Positions 27,802 to 40,655 are shown, counted from the first letter of the stretch. The stretch is 64,000 bases of DNA from Octopus vulgaris (GCA_951406725.2 OX597831.1:40176001-40240000), one strand, 5' to 3'. The notes: generated by a model not told the origin, from the sequence alone. Program-made: numbers and translations.

Positions 27802-28085
27802 GAGAGGGAGAGAGAGAGAGATGAGAGATAAATAGATAGAAAGAGAGAGAGAAGTGATAGAGAAGTGAGATAAATAGATAGAAAGGAAGAGAGAGAGAGA
27901 GGTGAGTGAATATATATATATATATATATATATAGAATACATATATATAAAACATATATGTACATATAATTTAACATAAGACATATCAATTTTAACATAA
28001 TTTCTATATGTATACAGACACACACACACACATATATATACACATATGTATAAACATATCTGTGTGTGTATACATGTGTATGTGC

Positions 28086-28116
<31 letters not shown>

Positions 28117-28245
28117 AGTGCGCGCGCGCGTGTGCATGTGTGAGTGTGTATGTATGTGTATATATCTATATCTATCTGTCTATATGTATGTATGTATGTA
28201 TATGTGTGTGTATATATATATGTATATACATACATACATACAGAC

Positions 28246-28286
<41 letters not shown>

Positions 28287-28765
28287 CCCATGGTGGTGCT
28301 CCAGCACGCCCGCAGCCGCATGGCTGAAGCAATTAAAAGAATAAAAGAATATATATATATATATATATATATATCATATTTATATGTGTGTGTTTTAGTG
28401 CACACACAGTTCGGTAGTTACCGTCATGATTACATAGTTGTTGTTGAAATATATAATCTAGCAAATTACCTCTTCAGTGTTCAGCAATAAGTACAATGAC
28501 CTTTGTTAAAGATTTCCGTTTCAATAACCTCGCCAGTGTCACAATGTAGAGGGAGACCAAAAAAAAAACAAAACAAAACTACCGTAGGTGTTGGAGGTCG
28601 AGTCTTCCAAATCCAATTAAGTACAGCGAAGAGAAACCCATTAATAACAACGACAAAAAGAACCATGATTATGTTGATAACAGATGGCCTGTTACAGGTC
28701 CGGGTCATATATCAGGGTTAAGTAGCCTGTGGTTGTATGATTGTCAGGTTTTATTGTATCAGTCA

Positions 28766-28845
28766 CAGACCATCTGCTGTGTTGCAGACCATCTGCTTTG
28801 TTGCAGACCATCTGCTTTGTTGCAGACCATCTGTTGTGAGCAGAC
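28766..28845. repeat. 19-bp minisatellite (CAGACCATCTGCTTTGTTG) x ~4
   Basis: Direct tandem copies with no spacers. Confidence 0.85.
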
Positions 28846-29184
28846 AAACACAGGAAAGTAGAAAAGTATATGGGAAGAACCGGGTACCACCCTAACACAT
28901 TTGATACCATTCGAACGCATTAGCATCACGAATGTCCTCAACAGCTGACTCCAAAAATGTCATCATGATATTACCGCTCAAAGCAACATGACGCTGCCGT
29001 AAAAACAATATGAAATACCATTCGAAAGGAAAGACTGTCCTGGGATAATTATAAGGAATTCTCCTGATATTGAGTTCATATATAAGTAGCAACGCAAAGA
29101 ATATTTAATTCTTTATATCATTTGTATTCTGTGTAAGTCGGACCTTTTTGTATGTAAACATATACAAACACATATATATATATA

Positions 29185-29408
29185 TGAGCCTGAGGGACCC
29201 ACACAAAGTGGATGTAGGGTTTTCAAATCAAACCTGGACCTCTTCCTGTTGAGAGTCCCAGATGAGCCTACTTCGTGGCAAGAGGTGCAAATGAGGGTAG
29301 TGACATCAAACTCCCTTATTCACCAAATGCCACATATAAGAGGAAGCTTTCAATAATAACAGTGTAGCAAAAACGGCGGTGCGTGACTACAGCTCTGAGC
29401 TGAAGCTT
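29185..29408 (+). mobile_element. CR1-group LINE 3' fragment
   Basis: Reads ..VDVG.FKSNLDLFLLRVPDEPTSWQEVQMRVVTSNSLIHQ and ends GGCGGTG..ACAGCTCTGAGCTGAA. Confidence 0.75.
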
Positions 29409-29429
29409 ATATATATATATATACATACA

Positions 29430-29988
29430 TGGTGGTGGCTTCCCCCTCGTTATCGAGTATGGCCATTGCACGAAGCTTAATCAATGTTGTTATCGTGCAA
29501 TGCCTGTGCAAGAAGATATTTTTTTAAGTGAGGAAAGGCTGTGCACTGAGCCAATCCCACTCACTAAGCAACAGCAGCCATAATCCGAAAAGAAAAACAA
29601 GTCAACATCATCGGTAACCACTGAGCCGCAGGTTTTATGTCGGAGTTATCCCAGTTACCTGAGTTGCCTTCTCCTAGAAGGATGCCCTGACAAAGGCTAG
29701 GAGTCCTTCACTCCCAATGGTTTAACTGTGCGATCAGGTATTCAATCCGATTATTTCTATGTCCCCGCGCATGATACAGCTTTAAGACATTTATTGGATG
29801 GCCGTTGACTCTCAAGAGTTCCTCCGCCCTTTGACGGGTTTTGTTTTTCATCCCGCAGGGTGACCAATAAACACCCTCCTCACCAAGCGAGCTTGGTGGG
29901 GTTGCCGGTTTAATCACCGACGACCCGACCATGCAACAGGTAGTACTGGGTTACATGTTACCAGTAGCACTCGAAAGTGACCTATATT
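29430..29988 (+). mobile_element. Repeat family D: non-coding GC-richer segment flanked by (CATA)n, probably a retroelement UTR
   Basis: Sharp GC increase between ATACATACAT and a long (CATA)n tract; no recognisable ORF. The assignment is an inference from context. Confidence 0.4.
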
Positions 29989-30234
29989 CATACATACATA
30001 CATACATACATACATACATACATACATACATACATACATACATACACACACACAACACACATACATACATACATACATGCATACATACATACATGCATGC
30101 ATGCATGCATACATACATACATGCATGCATACATGCATACATACATACATACATACATACATACATACATACATACATACATACATACATACATACATAC
30201 ATACATACATACATACATACATACATACATACAT

Positions 30235-31010
30235 AGGATTACTACCTTGAAAGGTATGCGTTTGCAATCAAGGAACAGGAAATATTAACCAAGTACCTGA
30301 TGCACAAAAGAGATAGCGATGTCGGAAAAGCCGTAAGATGTGACAACCGATACAGAGTTTGTGGAGTTCACACTGAAGATATCACCCATATCATCAGCAG
30401 TTGTCTGAAAATGTCCACGTATTATCTACCGATGAGGCATGAAGTTGTAGCTAGGACACTCTATAATGAAATCTGTCGGAAGGACAATCCCGAGGACAAA
30501 GAAATAAAAACCCACAATAGAATAGAAGCCATAGCCACTCATAATAAAAAGGAATACTGGTGGACTATACCAGTGAAGACCTCAATAAATTGTAAGCACA
30601 ACAGACCTGATATAATGATTTGGGATAGAGAAGAGAAACTATGCACAGTTGTGGAAATTAGTTGCCCAGGGGACGTTTACATGAAGCTGAAGACCAATGA
30701 AAAAGAGAACACCTATGCTGAACTATTGAGAAATGTGCAGTTGCCCTATCTAGATTACAAGTTCAGGCTTATACGTGTAATTATTGGGGCCCTGGGATAT
30801 GTAACACACTGCCTAAATACCAATCTTGAGAAGTTAGGCTTCTCGAAACCAGAAAGGAGAAAGCTAATTCGAAGACTACAGATCCAATCCATCACTGGAA
30901 TTGTAAAAATCTCTGAAACTTTGCAGAAGTTATCATTTAGATATATATATATGAGCATGTCTAGACATGTAACTATATGTATGAGAATACATTCATAAAA
31001 CAAACAAATC
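30235..31010 (+). mobile_element. 3' part of an R4-like RLE non-LTR retrotransposon inserted in (CATA)n
   Basis: ORF 30300-30998 has a degenerate CCHC knuckle (YRVCGVHTEDITHIISSC), RHEVVA, and a PD-(D/E)xK-like restriction endonuclease (KHNRPDIMIWD...VVEISCP...EKENTY...IIGALG). Flanked by (CATA)n on both sides. Confidence 0.88.
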
Positions 31011-31127
31011 TGCACATACATACATACATACATGCATACATACATACATACATACATACATACATACATACATACATACATACATACATACATACATACA
31101 TACATACATACATACATACATACAGAC

Positions 31128-31377
31128 ATTCTGATTCGAAGACTACAGATTCAAGCCATCACTGGAACTGTAAAATTCTGTAAAACTTTCCAGAAGTTTA
31201 TCATTTATATATACATGAGTATGTCTAGACATGCAACTATATGCATGAGAATAAATACAAATCTGCACATATACATACATAGAAAAATACCCTGTTGATG
31301 TCGAAGGTCCAATGAAGGAGTCTTGGGTCTAGGTTAGAAACCGGCTCTTTCACTATTGGCAAGAAATCTGGAAATAA
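31128..31377 (+). mobile_element. Second, shorter 3' end of the same R4-like element
   Basis: Repeats 30865-31020 (ATTCGAAGACTACAGAT...ATGAGTATGTCTAGACATG) and continues into a 3' UTR also seen at 39390-39460. Confidence 0.8.
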
Positions 31378-31475
31378 TACAGTAATCCTACGCTATGTCG
31401 CGGTTCACCAATCGCGGTTTATTATTTAAGCTTACGTCGATTCCTCCGTTGTGTTGTTTTGCATTTATAATAACA

Positions 31476-32009
31476 CTAGCAGCATAGCCCGGCGTTGCCC
31501 GGGTATGTAAGAGCCCCTAGTAGGCAATGACCAATCCCAATCTAGTCCTTTCCCTCTAGGGAACGAAGGTGCATGTGTAGGTTGCAATGTCTTCTGTGTA
31601 TACGATGTTCCTAGCTGTCACTTTGGGCGAAAACGCGATTTCCAAAAATGGCATGATTTTTTCTGATGGTAAGGTATTGCATGGAAAACTAACGTCAGAA
31701 TTAAGTTTCTTAGGGTAACATTAAGCTTCACCATGAGTTTCGTGAAAATCGATTTCAAGTTGCGAAAACTACAACAGAAAATGTGTTGCATATAAAAAGC
31801 TTAGATTCTCGACCCCATGTCGAATTTATCGATTTTTTTTCAGAACTGGGGGAACTTTTCAAAATTTTCGCTGCGTTAGTTTTGAATTATGACATTGGGC
31901 TATGTGTGTGTCAAGTTTCATCAGAATCGGTTGAAAGCCGTGGTCAGTGTGAGGGTACAACCTGATAGACACACAGACACACAGACAGACAAACTGCGGT
32001 TTATATAGA
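31476..32009 (-). mobile_element. Non-autonomous Helitron (same family as 14440-15423, helicase deleted)
   Basis: Near-identical 3' ~150 bp (CTAGCAGCATAGCCCGGCGTTGCCCGGG) and 5' ~200 bp to the first copy; the middle differs. Confidence 0.9.
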
Positions 32010-32056
32010 GAGAGATACATATTTACAAATTATAAAAATATAAAAATATATATACA

Positions 32057-32445
32057 GGCGCAGGAGTGACTGTGTGGTAAGTAGCTAGCTTACCAACCAC
32101 ATGGTTCCGGGTTCAGTCCCACTGCGTGGCACCTTAAGAAAGTGTCTTCTACTATAGCTTCGGGTCGACCAAAGCCTTGTGAGTGGATTTGGTAGACGGA
32201 AACTGAAAGAATCCTGCCGTATGTGTGTTTGTGTGTATGTGTTTGTCCCTCCACCATCGCTTGACAACCGATGCTGGTGCATTTACATCCCCGTCACTTA
32301 GCGGCTCGGCAAAAAGAAACCGATAGAATAAGTACCAGGCTTGCTTACAAACAATAAGTCCTGGAGGTCGATTTGTTCGACTAAAGGCAGTGCTCCAGCA
32401 TGGCCACAGTCCAATGACTGAAACAAATAAAAGAGCAAAAGAGAG
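32057..32445 (+). mobile_element. SINE family A
   Basis: Full head, core and tail. Confidence 0.9.
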
Positions 32446-32559
32446 GACAGTACTGTTTGTACTTCGTGGATTTTCAACTATCGCGGGGGATTTTTGGAAC
32501 GTAACACACGCGATAGTCGAGGGATTACTGCACTCAGTAATCTTATCAGCCGCTCTCAG

Positions 32560-32885
32560 GACACCAATGTGGTCAGCAAACTAACTACAAGAAAAAGGGG
32601 ACATCTATGGACCACTGATAAGGAGTGTGCAAATCCAGTGCCCATGATACACTTTCAGTTTCTTAACCATTATTATCGGGGCAAGGGGATACATGGTGAC
32701 CCGTGTGAAACAAAATAGGGACGAACCTGGATTCTTGGGGAAGAAATGCGATTCCTTAATTTGTGCTCTGCAAATGATCAGGATATTTGAAACAATAAGA
32801 GTCTGCAAGAATTTCTTAAGATTCAAAGGACGAGGAAGAAAAACAAGACTGTGCTCGTTTTGACAATCTTGCTTCTGAGGTCTAA
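32560..32885 (+). mobile_element. Diverged R4-like 3' remnant
   Basis: Reads TIIIGARGYMVTRVKQNRDEPGFLGKKCDSLICALQMIRIFETIRVCKNFLRF, parallel to IIGALGYV...LGF...LIRRLQ...GTVKFCKTF. Confidence 0.55.
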
Positions 32886-33082
32886 ATGGAAAAGCGAAAA
32901 ATAAAATGTACATGCACACGCACACACACACACACGCACACACACACATACACACACACATACAAACACACACACATTCTTTTAATTTATTTATTGTTTT
33001 CTTTTACTTGTTTCAGTCATGTGACTGAGGCCATATCGGAGCACCGCCTTATATACATATATACGCATATACATATATACAC

Positions 33083-33136
<54 letters not shown>

Positions 33137-33532
33137 ACCCATAGAAATACAGAAGTATATAGTTTGAGACACGGAGTCGAAAACAGATACAGAAATGGAA
33201 TTTCTAAGGTGATCGATAATGATCGAAGGTTCTGCTAGAATTCTAAACTTATCTTGTTGATCGATATTTATATTCTTATAAATCTTACAAATGCTGACAA
33301 TTCAATATATTGATAAAGAGTAGTGTAAAAATGTCTAATAAACATACACATACTCTCACATCATGTATAAATATATATACAAATATATATATATATATAT
33401 ATACACATATGTATGTGTGTGTGTGTGTGCGCGTATCTCTATATATATAGATATATATATAATATATATAAATATATGTATATACATAAACCATACATAG
33501 AAATATTTACGTCTGTTCTATGTATGTGTGTG

Positions 33533-33577
<45 letters not shown>

Positions 33578-33610
33578 CATACAAGTATATATGCCTATAT
33601 ACATTAATGT

Positions 33611-33652
<42 letters not shown>

Positions 33653-33654
33653 GG

Positions 33655-33685
<31 letters not shown>

Positions 33686-33895
33686 TGAGTGAGAGAAGCA
33701 TTTCATATTTTTCTCAAGGCGATGCCTCTGCAAAGCCGCAATTCAACGACTGAAACAAGCAAAAGATAAAAATACAAACATTATAAATAATGTACCCAGG
33801 CTTACTGCCGTGGATTGCATATACACACGTATATGATGAATAGGTATGTGTATACGCATTCATATGTGTATATACATAGAGTTTATGAGTATATA

Positions 33896-34119
33896 CAGCG
33901 TGTCCATAAATTATCTTTACAAGTTAAAAAATTCAGAAAAAATTATGGACAATAATGATAAACGCAGTAGAGCTTGTTTTTGCCTATGAAAAACATAGGT
34001 AAACAAATAAAGTTTTATCAGAAACATCAGATCACTTCCACGTGTTCATTGTTGGGTTTCAAATTTATTAAGATACAATGAACTGTGGAAGTTGTAAAGA
34101 TAATTTATGAACACCCTTG
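33896..34119. mobile_element. Tc1/mariner-type MITE
   Basis: TA|CAGCGTGTCCATAAATTATCTTTACAA ... TTGTAAAGATAATTTATGAACACCCT: ~27-bp imperfect TIRs with a left TA site. Confidence 0.75.
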
Positions 34120-34734
34120 GTTCTTTTCTGTTTGGTCGCAACTTTTCAATTTCTTCAATTTTGTTCCAATTTTTTTTTCAAATTTGGTGTATTGATGTAG
34201 TTTTGTATGCTAATTATTGGCAGGTAATACATTTTCACCATGAATCAATAAATAAAAAGTTAATTAATAGCTTTTAAAGTTTGCAAATTTTGGGTAATTT
34301 TAACTAATCGAAAACCACAGACATACAGGTGTCTGTTTCCATAGTAACAAATCAAGCGTTAGGAAAGTGTTTACGAAACACGACGTATGTTTACAAACTG
34401 ATATTTTACGCTGTTTTCCTGCTCTTTTCTCATCTTCTTAATACTACAAAATGTGTTTACACCTTTTTCACAGCTATCGGAGATCGAAGCGCTCCTCGCG
34501 AACGCAGTTTCGTGAGATGCTTTTAACCTGTAAACAGTTTTGAGTAGGAACCATAAAGAGAAGTATGAACACGTAATGCGCATGTGCAAACTGAATTCGT
34601 AAAACGGAAGATAAGAATAAAATCGCAATGCGCATGTCAAAAAAAAAACCGGAAGAAGACAATAAAACAAGTTATATGATGGTTTGTCTGTCACGTCTGA
34701 TACCAACCATTATCACGTAGCTTTGCTGCAATTT

Positions 34735-34915
34735 TCTTACTTACTCTTTACTCTTACTCTTTTACTCGCTTCAGTCATGTGACTGTGGCCATGCTGGAGC
34801 ACCGCCTTTAGTCGAGCAAATCGACCCCAGGACTTATTCTTTGTAAGCCTAGTACTTATTCTATCGGACACTTTTGCCGAACCGCCATGTTACGGGGACG
34901 TAAACACACCAGCAT
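34735..34915 (-). mobile_element. SINE family A, 3' half
   Basis: Tail and body match on the minus strand. Confidence 0.85.
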
Positions 34916-35695
34916 GAGCATTGTAGGTGATCGCCAGCGCGCGTTTTTGTGGTACAGGCAAAATCTTCGTCTGATCAGCGACCTGTAGTATCACAGATCA
35001 ATCTGTAGTAAGCATACCATGGTTCACAATTGAGCGTATCGTATTATCTCGGATTGATGATGACTGATTCAGTGATAAACAAGGCGAAATGTATTACAAA
35101 ACAATAGACAAGCGATTCTTTACGAATGGTTCCGTGTTAGCTTTTCTATTTGGGTCATTGACATTAATTATGCTCAGGTTTCCTACGCATGCCCATGTGA
35201 CTCAGTTGCTGTATGAGAAGCCAGTTTTTTCCATCTGTAATTTTGCAAACTTATACGTTTGACCTTGATGTTTGTATTTGAACTCGGAGGAGCGTACTTG
35301 TATGCGAATTTGCGGTTTCATGAATGAAAATATCATATAACGGTGACAATCAAACAAAGATTTTTCACCGAATCTCGCTGTGGAATTTGTGGGAAACTAT
35401 TCGTTGCGAAGAGAGAATTGACAAACAAATATGAAATTGCATTAACTTAGTACACTGACAATATATGTCGAAGATATTTAGTCTAATACACCAGAATTTA
35501 ACAACAGGTCAATCGGCAGGGGCTCATGTTCTTGTGTGGGCGCAGCTAGTCTTTTTAGGCTGCAGGCGTGACTGTGTAGTTAAGAAGCTCGCTTTGTAAC
35601 CAAGTGGTTTCAGATTCAATCATATGGCACGAAGTCTTGAGTAGACCAATGTTTTGTGAGTAAATTTGGTTGAGGAAACTATATCGAAGCCCGTG

Positions 35696-35762
<67 letters not shown>

Positions 35763-35774
35763 CTTTTGTACGTT

Positions 35775-36122
35775 TTTCTTTTATTTGCTTCAGTCATTTG
35801 ACTGTGGCCATGTTGGAGCACCGCCTTTAGTCGAACAAATTGACCCCACGACTTATTCTTTGTAAGCCTAGTACTTGCTCTATCGGTCCCTTATTGCCGA
35901 ACCGTTAAGTGACAGGGACGTAAACACACCAACATCGGTTGTCAAGCGATGGTGGGGAGACAAACACAGCCACATAAACGTATACATGTATTATATATGT
36001 ATACAACGGGCTTCTTTCAGTTTCCGTCTACCAAATCCACTGACAAGGCTTTGGTCGGCCCGAGGTTGTAGTAGAAGACACTTGCCCAAGGTGTGACGCT
36101 GTGGGACTGAACCCAGAACCAC
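35775..36122 (-). mobile_element. SINE family A (a degenerate + strand head lies at 35558-35700)
   Basis: Tail-to-core match; the head is cut off by the adjacent family E copy. Confidence 0.85.
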
Positions 36123-36124
36123 TA

Positions 36125-36467
36125 CACCTAGAAAGTCCCCCTCTGAGGCACAAGTCCGTCGATTACGATGACGAGAGTCCCAGCTGATGCGATCAACGGA
36201 ACATCTTGTTCGTGAAATTAACATGCAAGTGGCTGAGAACTCCACAGACAGGTGTACCCTTAACGTAGTTCTCAGGGAGATTCAGCGTGACACAGAGTGT
36301 GACAAGGCTAACCCTTTGAAATACAGGTACTACTCATTTTTGCCAGCTGAGTGGACTGGAGCAACGTGAAATAAAGTGTCTTGCTCAAGGACACAACGCG
36401 TCACCGGGAAATAAACTCACGACCATGCGATCGTGAACCGAACGCCCTAACCACTAAGCCACGCGCC

Positions 36468-36468
<1 letters not shown>
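36125..36468 (-). mobile_element. SINE family E, best-preserved copy
   Basis: Minus strand GGCGCGTGGCTTAGTGGTTAGGGCGTT (tRNA head), TGTGTCCTTGAGCAAGACACTT core, and RTE-like tail TCGTCATCG-TAAT-CGACGGA. Confidence 0.85.
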
Positions 36469-36518
<50 letters not shown>

Positions 36519-36519
<1 letters not shown>

Positions 36520-36580
36520 AATGACTCCGGTGCATCTAAATTAAGTACCATACTCATTTGAATCTAAATTTTTGCTGTAC

Positions 36581-36649
<69 letters not shown>

Positions 36650-36663
36650 CATACATACATACA

Positions 36664-36697
<34 letters not shown>

Positions 36698-36744
36698 GAT
36701 TCAAATGAATATGGTACTTAATTTAGATGCACCGGAGTCATTCG
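36519..36744. repeat. ~48-bp inverted repeat pair around a (TA)/(TACA)n spacer
   Basis: GAATGACTCCGGTGCATCTAAATTAAGTACCATACTCATTTGAATCTA and its near-perfect reverse complement at 36696-36744. Confidence 0.9.
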
Positions 36745-36808
36745 TGTTGCTTATTTTGATTATGTATGTATGTATGTATGTATGTATGTATGTATGTATG
36801 TATGTATG

Positions 36809-36839
<31 letters not shown>

Positions 36840-36840
36840 G

Positions 36841-36905
<65 letters not shown>

Positions 36906-37351
36906 AAAGCGGATCAAGGGTCCTCGTTAAATCGTACAACTGTAAGGCCGGTTTCCCTGATTCTTTGACGTGCTTAATCCCATTCCTCGAGACGGAACGC
37001 CAATCAATCGCAGGAATACACATTTTTGCCACTAGAATAACGTGAAATGTTATGATTTCCTCAACGACACAACTCATCTTTCGTTCCAGGAATCGAAATG
37101 ACGTTCTTACGATGAATGCAACACCCGAACCACTAAGCCATTCCTCTCCACCACACATGCGCATGCGTGTTTTTGTGCTTATGTTTATCCCTCCCATGCC
37201 ACTTGATAACCGGTGTTGGTTTTTTTACGTCCTTGTAACGCAGCCGTTAGGAAAAACCGACCGATAGAATAAGTACCAAGCATTTTTAAGTTCTAGGGTT
37301 TATTTGTTCAATGAAAACCTTCAAGCGGGTGTTGACTCAGCGTGGCCACTC

Positions 37352-37874
37352 CATGTCACGCTGGTGAGACCCATATTGGAGTATGGGATTCAAGCCTCTT
37401 CTCCTTATCTCCTCAAAGACATACAGCATCTCGAAAGAGTCCAGAAGCTGGCTACCCGCATGGTTCATGGTCTCAAAAATTTGTCCTACGAAGAAAGGCT
37501 GAGGACGCTCGACCTTTATTCTCTTGAAAAACGCCGCCGCCGTGGTGATTTCATTCTCGCCCACAACATCATAAGCGGAAAGTGTAACCTCTCGAAAGAG
37601 CTGTTCTTCACTCCTGCTCCAGAGCGTCGGCTGCGGGGTCATTCCGAAAAGCTCTACCTGCGACGATTTCATCTTAATCGAAGGAGAGGAGCTTTCTCCG
37701 TCCGGGTTGCGGATCCGTGGAACAAGCTGCCAGACGAGATGGTGAAGATGCCGACGACCGCTTTGTTCAAAGCCTCCCTGGACCTCAAGTGGCCTGAACT
37801 CTTTACATGAACACCACCCTGTACTTAACTCCATGTCTCCCTACATGGCCTTGCTATTTGCTTTTGAGCCAAAT

Positions 37875-37919
<45 letters not shown>
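37352..37919 (+). mobile_element. CR1-clade LINE, 5'-truncated, open RT C-terminus with a (CTAA)n tail
   Basis: LVRPILEYG...LERVQKLATRMV.GLKNLSYEERLRTLDLYSLEKRRRRGD...RGHS.KL...FSVRVADPWNKLP...FKASLD is the classic CR1 ORF2 end. Stop at 37810, short UTR, tandem ACTA tail. Confidence 0.92.
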
Positions 37920-37921
<2 letters not shown>

Positions 37922-38220
37922 ATGACTGAAACAGATAAAAGATAAATGATAATTAAGCAACAGAGCAAGATTGTTACTCTGTGAAACACGTGGGAAAAAG
38001 CCTTCAGCAAAAATGTGAAGCTTGTTATTTAGTACAATTATGATTGTTGAAAATTCTGCCATTCTAAACGGCGTGGGAAAGTCTTTTGTCACTTATATTG
38101 TCCTGTTATTTCAACGCTGCCCACAGTGAGAAACCGGAGAATTTTAATCCACGTTTCAATTCTGATATCAAACACTCATAGGTGAAACACAAATGCATAC
38201 GTGTATATATGCACGTACAA

Positions 38221-38450
38221 GGCGGCGAGCTGGTAGAAACGTTAGCACGCCGGGCGAAATTCGTAACCGTATTTCGTCTGTCGTTACGTTCCGAGTTCAA
38301 ATTCCACCGAGGTCGACTTTGCCTTTCATCCTTTCGGGGTCGATAAATTAAGTACCAGTTACGCACTGGGGTCGATGTAGTCGACTTAATCCCTTCGTCT
38401 GTCCTTGTTTGTCCCCTCTGTCTTTAGCCCCTTGTGGGTAGTAAAGAAAT
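38221..38450 (+). mobile_element. SINE family B monomer
   Basis: GGCGGCGAGCTGGTAGAAACGTTAGC head, GAGTTCAAATTCC B box and full body. Confidence 0.92.
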
Positions 38451-39179
38451 ATATATATGCACGTACATGCATACAAGCGTTAATACATAAAGATATATGT
38501 ACATAAATACGTATATGCATAAATATATACGTGTATATACATACACAGTTGCGTATTTACATACGAAAAGAAGCATACATGCATACATATATGCACACAT
38601 ATACATACATGCATATGCACATACATAGACATAGATACATAAATACACACATATATGTACATGCATATATTCATACATGCACACAAGCATGCATACGTAC
38701 ATAGATAGATGCATACATGCGCACATACATACACACGCGCACACATTTACATTCATATATACATGCATGCACATACGCGTTCATACATGCATGCATACAC
38801 ACATACATACACACACATATATAAATACATACATACACACATGCATGCATACATACAAATAAATACACACACATACATACATACATACATACATACATAC
38901 ATACATACATACATACATACATTCATACATACATTCATACATACATACACACACATACATGAATACAGAAATAGGTACGTGCTTGCATACATACAAATTA
39001 TTACACACATACACACACATACATGCATGAATACATACATACATACCTACATACATACATACATGAATACACACATACATACATACATACATACATACAT
39101 ACATACATACATACATACATACATACATACATACATACATACATACATACATACATACATACACACGTACATACATACA

Positions 39180-39470
39180 TATCCAGGCTATGAATTCATA
39201 TACCAAAAACAATTGGAGCACTAGGTTTTGTTAGTAAATGCTTAAAGGAGAATCTGGATAAACTGGGATTTTCAGAAAGAGAAATCGACCGGCTAATTCG
39301 TACATTACAAGTGCAATCTGTGAGTGGAACAGTAAAAATATGCAAGACTTTTCTTAAACTCCAAACGTGAATTTGTCAGCGTTAACTACATCCCAAAGAT
39401 GGAGCCTTGTATCTTTGTTGGAAACCGGCTCCCTCTTCTGTGGAAGATTTATAATAATTATGGATAAAGA
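39180..39470 (+). mobile_element. R4-like 3' fragment in (CATA)n, related to 30235-31377
   Basis: Reads YPGYEF..IGALGFVSKCLKENLDKLGFSEREIDRLIRTLQVQSVSGTVKICKTFL; flanked by (CATA)n-like tracts. Confidence 0.8.
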
Positions 39471-40612
39471 AAAGATATACATATATACATGCATACATAC
39501 ATACACACATACACACATACATACATGAATAAATACATACATACATACATACATAGTTACCGTTTAAAAGCTCCAGCAAGAATTGTAACCCTTGATGTCT
39601 CTAGTTACATCAGAGAGGGCGTGCGTGTGTGAAATGAAACTGATTTCAGTGTAACACGAGATATATTCGAAGAGGTATTGGTGGTTGGAGGACTTTGGAA
39701 AGAGATAGTGTAGAAAGCAGAGGGGCTACTTTGAACCAGATTAACTGTCTTTTTTTCCTTTTTTCTTTAAATATTGTTTTAGTAGACAAGGCAGTGTTTA
39801 TAATCCGTTATAATACCACCGAAACTAGCGGATGTAATGGAAGAAGGTATCCTCATGCCAGAGGAAAGAAAGGTCAGGCTCGGAGGAACACCTGTCACGT
39901 AAAAGGAGAAGAGAGAGGTAGGGGCAGAGGGATTGAAGAATTAGGGAGGGACGAGAAAATGAGAAAAAGAAATGTATATGTACGTAAATGCGTGTGCGTG
40001 TGTGTGTGTGCGTATAGATGCAAGCATGTATGTATGAATATGTGTGAATGTATGACTGCGTTTGTCAATCTCCTCACCACTTGGTAGACGGTGTTGTTTT
40101 GTTTACGTCCTCGTAACTTAGCAGTTCGGCAAAAGAGCCCAATCAAATAAGTACCAGCTTTAAAAAGAAAATCAGCAAAAACAAGCAAGTACTGGGAGCG
40201 ATTCGTTCGAGTTAAAACCCTTTAAGGTGGTACTCCGGCATGGCCGCAGTTCAATGACTTCAACTAGAAAAAGATTAAAGATAGAAGACACGAGGAAGTG
40301 TAGAAGGTGTTGATGTACCAAGGTTACGATGACCTTTCGTCGAGAATTTGATCTGAATGTTTACAATAGAACGATCTCCACAAAGGAACTATTGGGCCAG
40401 AAGTCGGTGTTTAACCAGCCGGCGTGATTTTTCGACCATGTGCCCTCGCACATATAAATGCATCCATCCATATATACATACATAGATTAGCACGTACGCC
40501 AATAAGTACAAATAGATGCACACATATGCAGAAGGATATATGAATGTATTTATAAATTATGTGTGTCTATATATATAAATATATATACTTACACACACAC
40601 ATACATACATAC

Positions 40613-40655
<43 letters not shown>

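Larger units (their letters stand above)
31380..32530. mobile_element. pogo/Tigger-like MITE interrupted by a Helitron and a SINE
   Basis: Left TA|CAGTAATCCTACGCTATGTCGCG and right CGCGATAGTCGAGGGATTACTG are imperfect TIRs. Confidence 0.65.

Noticed and set aside
28766-28845. CRISPR-like short repeats
   Set aside because: Contiguous 19-bp tandem units with no unique spacers; eukaryotic context and no cas genes.
37337-37834. 165-aa minus-strand ORF
   Set aside because: Antisense shadow of the CR1 RT fragment.
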